A stretch of 62,912 nucleotides of DNA, the filler included, from Octopus bimaculoides (lineage: Eukaryota): the NCBI RefSeq assembly GCF_001194135.2. It is 5 parts of 4 records of this genome, joined end to end, with 100 filler letters (N's around TTAATTAATTAA, not from the genome) between each part and the next. Parts side by side here need not be neighbours in the genome. Positions count along the whole stretch, not along the records: positions 20,398 to 50,527 come from NC_068999.1; positions 50,628 to 58,548 come from NC_068988.1; 3 more parts are not named here. The stretch is one strand, 5' to 3'. The notes beneath the pieces are model-generated. The model worked only from the letters and a program-made list of their open reading frames with translations, did not search any database and was not told the DNA's origin. Made by a program: the position numbers and the translations under genes. Within the stretch, counting starts at the first letter, position 1; the number at the start of each line of letters is the position of its first letter. Shown one piece after another: positions 39,121 to 51,639 of the stretch.

Positions 39121-39689
39121 GCAATATCATATGCCACTTTATTTCGTTACGATCGTTTGCCAAACAACAAAAATAAGCGATAGATCCGTATACAATAAGT
39201 TCCCCATTCATGTGAAGTTTTCAAATACGACGTAAAATGTTTAGATAATGAGGAGTGTTGCGGATTTTATTTTACCTTTTTAGATTCAAATATCTAATGA
39301 TGTGCAATTAAAGTGGAAATTTCTTGTATAATCATAGGATTTCTCTATCATGAATTAATGTGAATGTTATTATTGAATTAGAAACATATATATTACTCGA
39401 AATCAAATTAATTACACTAGGATAATGATATTGTCAAGGTTATACGAGATTATACTAAATTTCAGTTAAATAGGAAAACAATTTATGAAATTATTCGTTT
39501 AATACTGTAACATTCTGTGAATTAATTCATATTCGTTTCTTGATCATACATTAATCTTTTACATTGCAGAAATGAAAATTATGATATTCCGTATATATGA
39601 TTGCATGTGGATTCATATATGCATACATATATATATCGTATGTATACATTCAAAAGGCGTTGAGCAGGCTGAACCTTTACCCCCACCCC

Positions 39690-39872
39690 ACCAGGCAAAA
39701 GGCTGGGTGGCATTCCTTCGGACTCTACGTTCTGTGTTGATATTTCGCTGAGATTGGCTTTACCTTCCATTCATTTTGGGGTCGATAAAATAAGTCCCAG
39801 TTGAGCACTGGGTACAATGTGATTGACCTGTCGTCCGACATACCTGCTGGCCTTGTGCAGAGAATTTGAACC
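39690..39872 (+). mobile_element. Diverged SINE abutting the foldback
   Basis: tacgttctgtg..ttttggggtcgataaaataagtcccagttgagcactggg..gctggccttgtgc..aatttgaacca. Confidence 0.7.
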
Positions 39873-41019
39873 AGTATATTTATAACTGTTAAAGGGGACA
39901 ACAAATGATAACGCAAGATAAACTTCTCAAGTCATATACGTTATTATTATTAGAAAAATTTCAAGACTTACACCTGTTTCTGTGATAACCCGAAATATGG
40001 GAGAAAATAGGGAAAATGTGATGGGCATAAGATGAAGGAAACACGGAAATAAAGGACTGGAGAAAAGGAACGAAGGAAAAGAAGAAAAAAGAAGCATAAA
40101 AGTTCAAAGTTCAATTTCCCAATTTTGTAGATGATAGCCAATAAGTCCTTAGGTGCAATCCAATATATATATATATCCATGTACGGTTACAGCATTCATA
40201 TTGTAAATGTTAAGAGATAAACGCTAATATATCGATGGTTCATAAGAGAATAATATCTGAAGTGGCCATTGAGGGATAAAGATAAAAAAAATTCAATAGT
40301 AAGAAAGAAAGGTACTGGTAGGGAAGGTGGAGATACAGAGAGTGGAGGAGGAATGCAAGGATTGGTATGGAGGATAAGTTATGTAAAGATATTCTGTAGA
40401 TGATAAATAAAGAATTATATTAGGGTAAATAAATCTGGATTATCTTTATTTACCTGTTTAGTTTTGTACGTTATAATCATTATAATTTTATATACCTTAT
40501 TTTATCCCCCATACCAATCCTTGCATTCTTCCTCCACTCACTGTATTTCCAGCTTCCCTACCAATACCTTTTTCTCTTTCTATTTATTTCTTTTTCTCTG
40601 TCCCTCAATTGCCAATTCTGCTATTGTTCTCTTATGAACCATCAATATCTTCGAGTTCATCACTGGATATTTACAGTATGAATGCTATAACCATACACGG
40701 ATTTACATAGAATTGCACCTAAGGACATATGGAATAACGTCTACACTATTCGAAAGTTTAACTGTGACCATTTATGCTTCTTCTTTCTTCGTTTACTTAA
40801 TTTCTTTATTCCTTTTCTCCAGTCCTTTATTTCATCATTTCCTTAATCAATATTCTTCACATTTTTCCTATATGTCTCCGATGACGGGATATCGCATATT
40901 TTGGGATATACCAGAAGCAGGTGTAAGACTTTAAATTTTTCTAATAATAATAGCGTATATGACTCGAGATGTTTGTCTTCCCTTACCGTTTGTTGTCCTC
41001 TTTAACAATGATATATCTG
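39872..41019. repeat. About 1.15 kb diverged foldback palindrome (arms about 560 bp, loop 11 nt)
   Basis: Mirror blocks run throughout: tgttaaaggggacaacaaa/tttgttgtcctctttaaca, ccttaggtgcaat/attgcacctaagg, gatggttcataagagaa/ttctcttatgaaccatc, gaatgcaaggattggtatgg/ccataccaatccttgcattc. The innermost stem is ggtaaataaa (40424-33)/tttatttacc (40445-54). Confidence 0.92.
40874..40929 (+). ncRNA. Degenerate hammerhead ribozyme in the right arm of the foldback
   Basis: GTCT-CcGATGA-[ggatatc..gatatacc]-GAAg-C-AGGT-GTA-AGAC, with two core transitions. The mirror arm keeps GAAACAGGTGTA intact (39980-39969, minus strand). Confidence 0.55.
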
Positions 41020-44000
41020 CGACATCGGAAATATACAATGCTTCTATAACACGCGTCTCGGATATAAGCTTACAGCCCTAGTAATCTATTATAACACTTC
41101 CTCAGCGCACCTAGTCGTTTAGATATGTTTCGTGTTTATGGACTCCATCAGGTTGCCTGCTTCCAGATGCACTCTGTGCTCGTGGTCGAAAAAAAAAGTG
41201 TTAGTTGAGTTTTACATCGTCTGAGTTTAAAAACGAAACAGAGAATAAAAAAAAAAATACTCGGTCCATTTGAGAAGTAACAGGGCCACCTGAGCTGTAT
41301 GCTTGCACAAAAGAATGTATGTTTGAAGAAACAAGGAAATGTTAAAGAAATTTGAAAAAGGATTGAGAAAAATGGAACATATGAATAGATACAGGTGTAG
41401 ACGGTTGAAAACTACATGAAAACATTAAGAGGGAGTGTAGGAGTGGAAGGAAAAGCGTTCAGTTTATGTTGTCGATGACAAGGTGTGAACTTTGTATACG
41501 AAACGTTGTTTAATCCGTTTCCCCTTGAATGTGAATCCATCGTGCGAGGAGCTTCACACAAATGAGTGAGCGATGGAATGACCTGTAGTGTTGAAATTGA
41601 GAGCAAGTTTCCCAATCATACTATGTTTTAGAATCTTCAAGAAAGCACGCAACAATTTAGGAGGGGGAAATCAGTTTCTTTCTAGTTGTCAGTGACAAAA
41701 TGGTGGATATTGTGTGCTGTAATTGAAATATCTAGAAAACTAACAGATATATCAGACACGGTGCAGATAAGTTAGAAAGCAGAGTGAAAACCGTTACCTT
41801 TAGAAATAAAAGTGTTGGACTTTTGTATGACAAGTGTGGTGACACGGTACAGTCATTAATATAACGACCACACACTTCTGGGACGATTCAAGTGAACTGA
41901 GAAAATATATCATCAATATAGTCTACAAAGATGTTGGCATAATCCTAGTATAAAGAGCAACGCAGTTCAATTGTTTATAATCTTCTGCAAAGAACGAACT
42001 TTTGAAGTTTAGGACGAGCTCGGTTGGGTGAAAAAGTGTAATGGCATTGCATTCGCAAAGGGAACGAACGTATACGAAGTATTTAAGGGCTAGTAAGCCG
42101 TCGTTATGAGAGAAGATTGTGAATTAACTTCCTCGAAGAAAAAGAGTTTGTGCATCCAGCTGGAACAGGGAATAAGCTGAAGGGATTTAATGATTGGAAT
42201 GTTTAATTCGAAAGGGTAAGGCATCAACGAGAAGTAATAATAATTTTTTTATGACTAAGTTAAAATGACACAACATCTGTGTTGCAGTTCCATGCTGAGA
42301 CGCTCGGGGACCTGGATCATATCCGACGTGTTCAAGTGATCCTTTTTTTTTCCTTTTACTACACCTATTCGTAATTTTTAAAGCCTTTCTTTACATACCG
42401 CTTACCTATTTTCTCCTTTATAACAGTGACGTCCCTGCTTGCTACTCTTCATTCCATTACTATTTCTCTCACCATTCTTTCATATTTCCTTTTACCACTT
42501 CATTTTCTCGTATGTACATCAGGTGGTCCTGATTTTCTTATCAGTTGCAAGCATTCCTTAAAACTTAGAGCATGTAACACTATGCGGCCTATCATTAATT
42601 TGTCGTCTTTCAGCTATTATCCTTGAAGAAAGACTGCGTAAAAAATAATGAAGTTTGATTATATATCCACAAACGTGCGCGCATACACACACACACGCTC
42701 ACACGCACACACACTCACGGATACACTCACACACACACACACGTAACCCGTTTTTACGGTGAAAGACAAATACTTCAATACACATCAGAAATTATAAAAT
42801 GCACCTCTGCCTCGATACAATATATTCGTAGGTACATAAAATGAAAAGATAATACAGACCGTATGTTTGAAATAAAGGTTTAAAAAACAATATGAAGGAT
42901 ATATTTTGGTGATTTCCATCGTTTTATTGCCTTGTGTTTTTGGATTGTAAGCCCCAATAAGATTATAGGAATTTGTTTCAGAAAAATGTTTACCATTGCT
43001 ATAAAAGCTATGCATTTGACTGTTAGATAGATGAACTTGATGTCATACATAATCACTTTTTTATGAAACGTGTTAAAACAACTTAAGAATCTTAAGCAGA
43101 AAGCAACTCCTCATCGTTTGACAGCGCACACATTAGTGCGATTTTAACTCGAACAATATTTGTTAGTAGTTTGAATGTTTGATGCGAAAATATTTGAGGG
43201 GTATAATATACCATTTTATCATGCTTCATTAGTGACAAAATTTTCCAAGGTATACCATACTTCATTTGTAAACTGCAACTCCATCAAAAACTTACAATGG
43301 GAAATTTCTGACAGTCCTTCTAAATATATTACTGGATGATATGTCTTCCTTGACAGGCTACAAACACAAATTTAATTTCAATTGACCTCAATAATGATTT
43401 ACTTTCAACAAAAGAAGAACTTTATGTAGAGAGCAAACAACTTCAAAACTGACAGAAAATGCCGCTGAAACTTCTTCAAAGTAGTTGTTGTGGAACTAAT
43501 ATTCATAACAAGGATTTTACCATACATTCACTTAATCGAAATGGAATAAAAAAATATGCGACAGGTGCAAGTATGTGCAATGTAGCTAACGATATTGAAA
43601 GTTATACATAAAATATGAGCTGTGATATTTCCAAAAGTTAATGAATTAACGGTTACAGGAAACATTGTGTAATCCTCGACATATTCGATCATTGACACAT
43701 TTCATTAGTGTAAGCAGGAGTTTAATTAAATACTACAGACTGTCAATCTTGATCTTTTCTTTTCCCTTTTTAACAGTAAATTTCAGATTTAATTATGACA
43801 GGGACGATTTTAAATGTTAATACTTTAATTTTCATCTCAAGTTTCAAGAAGTTTAAACATTTAAAATAACATTCTTTCCATTTATTTCGTGTAACTTGCA
43901 ATTGAAACACGCATCACATCGAAAGAGCCTGTTGAAATAACTAAAAGTATAGCATTTTTCCATGCTACTGAGATTATGAATTATATTAAGAATCATTATT

Positions 44001-45550
44001 AATATTATGCGTGGTGTGTATGTGGTTAGTACATATTTCTACACAATTATTTTGAGTCAATTGATATACATTCGCCGTCATTTTATTTTATCCCTGAGTC
44101 TCAGGGATAAAATGTGCATACATTGATTGTAACAGTGCATTCCTGCCTTCTGAATTGATGTATATAAGGTTGATACAATAAGCGTACATTCTATGCAGAA
44201 ACTTTGAAGTCACAACATTTTTTATGTTAGTAAATGTGAAATATTTATATTTTCGGTTGTATCAGAAACGAAAAGGAAATGTTTACTGTAAAAGCATTTT
44301 CCACAGTATATTTTCGTCGGAACGTTTATATAAGTAGATTAGGATGACGAAATGTCATTGAGGAATAGTAGCAGATCACATTATTTTAGTTTTTGGAAAT
44401 TTTTACACATGTAAAACAGATTTGTTTCCCGATTCTGTTAGCAGAAATGCCATTATGTCACATATGACTAGCAACCGAAGTAGATTACGTATAATATCTT
44501 TTAGTGACAAAGTATAAAGAAGAAGAAAACGATATCATTTGGTCTGATGTAAAATGACAGTTATGAGCTAGTGAACTTAAGTAGTTTTAAAACAAATATA
44601 ATGGTTCCGGCATGTTCATGAAGAGGAGGAAGATATCGAGGAGAGTAAGTGAAGATGAGGGGGAAAAGAGGAGGAGGTAGGCATGTGAAGGAAAAGAGAA
44701 ACGAAGGAAAGTAAAGAGGAGAATAAAGAGCAGATGGACAAAAACGGGTTCGACAATGAGGTGAATCAAGAAGCGGAGGGGAAAAATCAGAAGAGGAAGA
44801 GACATTGGAAGAAGGAGGAAAAAAGGAAAAAAAATGAAAGAGTTAACAAGAGAAGACGGAAATAGAAAAGAAGGGGGAATGAGAAAAGAAGGGGGAAGAA
44901 GATGAATATGTTGAATTTGTTTTTCATGAAACAGATGATGTTGATGATGGGGCTTATCTTCGTGAAATTATTTTAGATAATAATAACAGTAATGATGATG
45001 TTCATTGCGAATTATTAGGATGAAAATGTTTCCTATATGAAAAGAATAACATTTGTTTCATTGAGCTTTCAGTCCACAAAAGCAACAGTGTTCTATCCCG
45101 AATGAAAAGCATATCTTCATTGGTTGGTTCTAAACTCCCCAAAATAAACGCAGCTTATCGAAAGTGTTCGAAACAATTATCAAATAGCAGACATAACTGT
45201 GTGACAAGAAGTATGTTTCTCAATCACACAATTTTCAATAGGTGGCACGTTCGGCAAGTGTGTTTCAAGCTTGGGACAGAAAATGCCTTGCAAGTGAATT
45301 TGGCAATTGATATATATATATATCAATTGAACAGGGATGAGCACGTTAGACAGCTATTTAATAAACACTACACGTTTCGATACAACATAGATCCACATAA
45401 ATACAGGATTTAAATTAAGCAACGGTTTACCTCTACAATGGGATCCAGCAGTATCTCCTCAGGTGATATATAATAGCCTAGACTAAGGCTGAAAGAGCTC
45501 TACTTTGTACTCTAATACGTTCCTAACAGAGCACACCTTACATTTAGAAG

Positions 45551-45595
<45 letters not shown>

Positions 45596-45737
45596 GATTT
45601 AGAGAAAAACTGCCATTAAATAATTCAGTAAAGAATATAATTCATACCCTCCAGAAAATAAGTTTATCATGAACACCTTATTCTAAAAATACAATGCTGT
45701 ACATAAAAGCAAAATCGGCAGTAAATGTTACAAGAGT

Positions 45738-45863
45738 GACTACGGATGTTTCGTCGCTATATTTTCAAATACATAACTAATAAAACAAATCCGATTATTA
45801 ATTCTAGTAATAATCAAATTGATCTATAATTAAATGTATTTAAAAATAGTCACTCGTCAGGTC
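45738..45863 (-). ncRNA. Type I hammerhead ribozyme-like motif with a complete catalytic core and a long stem II
   Basis: The minus strand reads GAC-CTGACGA-GTgaCTATTTTTAAATACAT..ATGTATTTGAAAATATAGcgAC-GAAA-C-ATCC-GTA-GTC. The predicted GUA cleavage is between 45741 and 45740. Confidence 0.65.
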
Positions 45864-45978
45864 TAAAATAAAATAAAAATAATAACAATATAGAAAAACA
45901 ATTTACCTATTGTAACTTACAATAACTATGAAAAAAGAATATACAAAAAAAATTGTTTTAGCAATAAATAAACAAATG

Positions 45979-46418
45979 TTCGAAAAGCATTTAACGATCT
46001 TTCTTAAAATCAAATCATAATTTATATACATATATTTTATATTTGGAAATTTGATTTAGTTTTGATAAATTGAATTTTTTCCCTGTCAGTTTGGATTTTA
46101 TTCCCTAAAATTATTATTATATATATGTAAAAATATGTCACACTTATTCGGTAGCAACGATAAAACTCCGAGTTTCGGATGCCGTAATTTTCAATGGCCA
46201 GATATCTGAAGAGATGGTGGCGTGTGTTTCCACCCCAGCATCCGAAACTCGGAGATTAATCATGGTTACCGAATATATAATAATAATTTTAAGGAATAAA
46301 ATCCAAACTTACAGGGAAAAAAATCAATTTACCAAAACTAAATCAAATTTCCAAATATAAAATATATGCATATACATTATGATTTTATTTTAAGAAAGAT
46401 CGTTAAATGCATTTCGAA
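45979..46418. repeat. About 440 bp foldback (arms 45979-46182 and 46238-46418), probably an inverted Penelope-type terminal repeat pair
   Basis: ttcgaaaagcatttaacgatctttcttaaaat..ctccgagtttcggatgc is mirrored by gcatccgaaactcggag..aagaaagatcgttaaatgcatttcgaa. The arms are only lightly diverged. Confidence 0.93.
46198..46265 (+). ncRNA. Degenerate hammerhead-like motif at the foldback centre
   Basis: CTGAAGA (46206-12), GATG..CATC, cGAAAC (GAAA at 46244-47), TCGGAG. The stem III junction is disrupted on this strand but intact (GAAACTCGGAGTT) on the mirror strand. Confidence 0.4.
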
Positions 46419-46569
46419 GATTTTCAAAAATACTTTTACACATAAATTCCTCTATTTACAATATATCGAGGTCTCTTTCTTTCTTTAGTCGTCTTTTCTA
46501 TCAATATATACGTACATACATATATACATACGTATAGAAAACAATGTGTATGCTTTCTAAATATGTGAT

Positions 46570-46760
46570 ACCCCACCACCACTTGACAAGTGGTACGAGT
46601 GTGTTTCCGTCATCTTAACTTTAATAGGGTAAGTACTAGGCTCGTAAAACTATAACTGTGGTCGATTTCTACGTCTAAACCATTCCAGTTGGTACTCCAG
46701 CATGGCAGCGCTTTAAAGACTAAAATAACCAAAGGGTGAATGAAATAAGATAAAAGACAT
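46570..46760 (+). mobile_element. SINE 3' half (10718 family)
   Basis: ccaccacttgacaa..taagtactaggct..ggtcgatt..ctccagcatggc..aagataaaag. Confidence 0.65.
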
Positions 46761-48231
46761 ATATCACTCACCATCAGTAGCTGCACGAATGTTAATAAAA
46801 TAGTATTATATATTTTTTTTCTAATGCTATTTTGCAAAATGATCAACACAACACCATAATCACATTTATTGCTGCCAGCTAAGCAGAATCACCGTCGGTC
46901 ATTTTACTGACAAACAAATCATTGACATCTAAGAAAAAACAAAATCGTCAACGATATAACCACTGCCACCACTGTCAATGTCAGTAAATCCGACAAAACA
47001 TGTATCAGCACTCACGTCTATCATCGCCAGATATATAACAGCAGCCACCACCCCCAACACCACCACGATCAAATCTAGCATCAATAACGTTACCTTCAAA
47101 TACGCTTCATGCATGGAGAAAGAATGTAGAACATCCATAGCATTATATCTACGTCAAAACCACTCTCCTGTATACAAAAAGCCTATCCCTTTAGTTAATT
47201 CTCGTTCTGCAAATTCCATCAGAATAAATGTCAGAACATCTAGGAATTAGCGAATAATTTGATCGTTTGGTGTACATCTATAAGACGCAGGTGACCTATT
47301 CCGATGTTACTTGGAAAGATAATTTGACACAAACATGTTGGAATATTCCAATGTATTTCCAGACCAAGAAATAATACAGTAAATAACATTATGGTAAATA
47401 AGGAAGAACCAGAAAAGAAGGAAGAAAGGAAAAGAAGAAATTGCAGAGGTTATAATCACGAAGCAATTCAAGCAAGAGTAGACCATGATTTTCTCGATTA
47501 TGCATATATATATATATATATATATATATANNNNNNNNNNNNNNNNNNNNNNNNNNNNNNNNNNNNNNNNNNNNNNNNNNNNNNNNNNNNNNNNNNNNNN
47601 NNNNNNNNNNNNNNNNNNNNNNNNNNNNNNNNNNNNNNNNNNNNNNNNNNNNNNNNNNNNNNNNNNNNNNNNNNNNNNNNNNNNNNNNNNNNNNNNNNNN
47701 NNNNNNNNNNNNNNNNNNNNNNNNNNNNNNNNNNNNNNNNNNNNNNNNNNNNNNNNNNNNNNNNNNNNNNNNNNNNNNNNNNNNNNNNNNNNNNNNNNNN
47801 NNNNNNNNNNNNNNNNNNNNNNNNNNNNNNNNNNNNNNNNNNNATATATGTATGTATGTATTATATGTTTCTGCATGAAGCGACTGAGGACATGGCGGCA
47901 TCAAAATAAAACCTGGTTATATATGTAAAGGTCAAGCAAGTTAACCCTTGAGGTAAGTTATTTCAAAATACCCAGTAGCATGACACATGATTTGTATAAA
48001 AGAAGTGGAGTGTTTTTAAAATAGTTGGAATGATGTTCAACAGCTAAACAGAATGATTGATAGAAGCAATGTATGCGAAAGAAACCACAAAAATATATCT
48101 TTAAGTGCGTATGCTTCCATACATATATTACATTGCATAGATGCATATATACATGCAGGCGTACACACGTACACGCCCGCACACACACACACACACATAC
48201 ATACACACACTCTCACACACACACACACACT

Positions 48232-48293
<62 letters not shown>

Positions 48294-48735
48294 TGCGCAT
48301 TTGTTAACGTGCTATTACGGTTGTCTCCATCTCTTGTTATACGTGTAGGATATGTGTACGTTTAGACATGTAATTGTTTACATTCATTTCTCTATTTATA
48401 TCTCTCACTTTACTTGCATACATAACTGGTACATAAATACATACATAGTGCCAACAAAGTCATGGTTAAGACGAAATATGTACTTGTGATATAAAAGAGC
48501 TGCGGTATACAAATCTTGAAATGCAATCGAATAAATTACACTTAATTTAGAATATAACATCTTATCGATTTTCATTGGTCAGTATTTCATTCACATTTCA
48601 AATTATCGCCAACAGTCCTATTGGATCGAATATTGAAGTTCATATATCTTCGTTCTCGTATTGTGATTTTAATTATGGGCTTGCCGACATTTTATGAGTA
48701 ATATCTATCTTTCATAAAACCATCGCCTATATCAC

Positions 48736-48766
<31 letters not shown>

Positions 48767-48799
48767 TGTATGTATGTACGTATGTATAAAAAAAGCAGG

Positions 48800-49012
48800 T
48801 AAGGTGATGAGCTGGGAAAATCCTTCTAACGGGCATAAATCTTAGCGGCTTGTGCTCCGTCTATACGTCCTAAACTTAAATTCCGCCGAGTTCGACTTGT
48901 CAGCTCAACTTCTCAGAGTGGATAAAACAAACACTACTTGAGTACTGTATTTACTGAATTCGATTTACCCCTCTCCCAAAATCCCAGGCCTTATGCCGTA
49001 ATTAGAAACCTG
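48800..49012 (+). mobile_element. Diverged SINE
   Basis: gatgagctgggaaaatc..cttagcggc..aaattccgccgagttcgac..cccctctcccaaaatcccaggccttatgcc. Confidence 0.65.
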
Positions 49013-50495
49013 TATATGAACATGAAATGTTGATTGTTATAAGAGAGCAGAGATGTAATAGAAGTAAGCGTTAGGCATGGTTTGATGTGTTTAGGACAGA
49101 ACGGAATTTTTATTGATGTAAAGTCTCGAAAATTGAATCCTAAAGTTGTTTTGCTTTCTTTAGGTGTCTCTGAGACATTGGTCATACTCGTGACTTTCAA
49201 TATATGTCTGTATCGTTCTGTAAATATTATGCCTATCACAGATTTCCCTTGCGTACTAGCACATATTCTCTCGAAATATTTGAACCTTATCGCTGGCGAT
49301 AATTTTTACAGGATTAATCTATTTTCTATATATGCATGCGCGCGCGTGCGTATCTGTGTCTGTTTGTGGGTGGGTGTGTCTGTTTGTGGGTGGGTGCGTC
49401 TGTGTTTGTTCCCGCACGTGCAGTCATAGATTTAATGTAGACTCTCACCTATTCATTCTCCGGTGTGTTTTATCACTTATATATATTTTGTACATGACAC
49501 GAGTTGTAGGTCTAAACTGTTAGCTGTTTAACGCTCAACTCGCAGTTCTTCTGTTCAGGGTAAATCTGCCTCTCGCATGACTTTCAACATATCATAAGAG
49601 AGAGCATGTAAACTTTACGTAAACATTTAACTAAATGAATAATGGAAGTCATTAACACAGGAATTAATGTGCATTGTAACTAAATTTTAGAGCGATAAAA
49701 TCGTAGAAATGTAAATAATCCAGTTTTACCAAAATTGGAGGCATTCTTAAATTATTCTTTGTAAAACCTGCAAAATATTTCACACGGCATGTCAGCGATT
49801 AAAACGAAAACGCAGAGATAAGACAATAGCATTCCAAATTACGTTTCTTTATGTAATTTCACAGAAGGATATTTAGTAGAGATAGTGCAAAGAATGTTGT
49901 CTTTTTTATATCTTCAGCAAACAAAGGATGTGGAAAGGTAAGGAAACATATGTTCCTATACATATACGCACATACACACACACACACACACACATACACA
50001 TTTACATCATACGCACACACACATATACATATGTATGTATCTATNNNNNNNNNNTGTGTGTGTGTTTGTATATATATATCTATATATACAACCATTGCAA
50101 ATCAAATGATGCTATTAAAAGCTAAAACGGTGCATGTCTAGACAAACTAATTTCAGAATCGGAAAATTTTGTGTGCAATTATATGAAATAGTTTGCTTTG
50201 TAGAGTTATTAAGTTGTTAATTCTGTTGGGAAATATCAATACTTATTCTCTTATGGAGACAATATGGCAGACAATTTGTCGCTTTCTTGCTTCTGGTGAA
50301 TATGTTACGACCATTTAACATGCGATTCAACGCATTTGGCTTAGGAAGAAAGAGAATTAAAAATAAATATTATTGCATCCATGAGTACACATTTGGATGA
50401 AAACACGTATACATGCACAAAACCAAACTTATATAGACGCAGGTTTCTAAACATACACTAACATGTTCACACGCAAATACGCATTCATATATGCA

Positions 50496-50527
<32 letters not shown>

Positions 50528-51130
50528 NNNNNNNNNNNNNNNNNNNNNNNNNNNNNNNNNNNNNNNNNNNNTTAATTAATTAANNNNNNNNNNNNNNNNN
50601 NNNNNNNNNNNNNNNNNNNNNNNNNNNATATATATGCACATACACACACACACATACACGTATTATATGTGTGCGTTCGTGTGCGTGCTTGTGCGTAATC
50701 TTTAGTCTTCTTATTGGCTTAAGATATGATGAAGTTTATTTTCGTCTTTTCACTCCAAGGAGATAATCTTTGCAGTAACAAGAACAACACCAACATTAGC
50801 AGCGGCAGCAGCAGCAGCAGCAACATTACTACCAACTCCACCACCACAACTACTTGCAGTAACAGTAAGAAAAAACATCACTAATATATAAAAAAACAAT
50901 CAACATGAATACAATGTAAAATTCACTATTGCAAGTTTATTATAAGCTTTATAAATTTTTTTTTACGCCTATCTAGTCATATTATATATAGACACTTTCA
51001 AATACGCATGAGGAGCCAGATATTCGCTAATATGAAATACACATATATACATTGTTTCATATGCGCTCACACGTACACTCAAATCTAGATACACACACAA
51101 GTGAGTACATATGTGCGCGTGTGAGTGCGA

Positions 51131-51169
<39 letters not shown>

Positions 51170-51598
51170 ATGCGTGTTTGTGTGTGCTTGTGTATGTGCG
51201 TGTGTTTGTGTCTGTGTGTCTATGCGTGCGTGTTTGTATATGCATGTGCATATAAGTTTGTACATACATTCATAGTGCTTTTCGCCATATACTAATGCCA
51301 AATATTACTATTTAGTGACGGTCATTCTTTCAACGAAACACACGACCTGGCTGTAGGTCACTTCTTTCTGTAATAATGATTATTTGATTTTCGAAAGACT
51401 TCCTATACACAACCCAAAATTTTTTAGTAAATTCTCCGTATCCTCTTTCACTTTACATTTGATAATTATATGGATCTTGATGGTGTTGTGTGTGTGTGTA
51501 TGAGGAGAGGGGTATTTGTGTTTCATTTAATTCATTATTTCTCTCTTTCCCTTCGCCCTTACCTCTCTGCCTTCCACTGTCTCTCTTCCTCTGTCTCA

Positions 51599-51637
<39 letters not shown>

Positions 51638-51639
51638 CT

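Noticed and set aside
44590-45060. Purine-rich stretch encoding E/K/R-rich peptides, as a possible acidic exon
   Set aside because: There are stops in all frames and the sequence is low-complexity GA-rich, probably decayed simple repeat.
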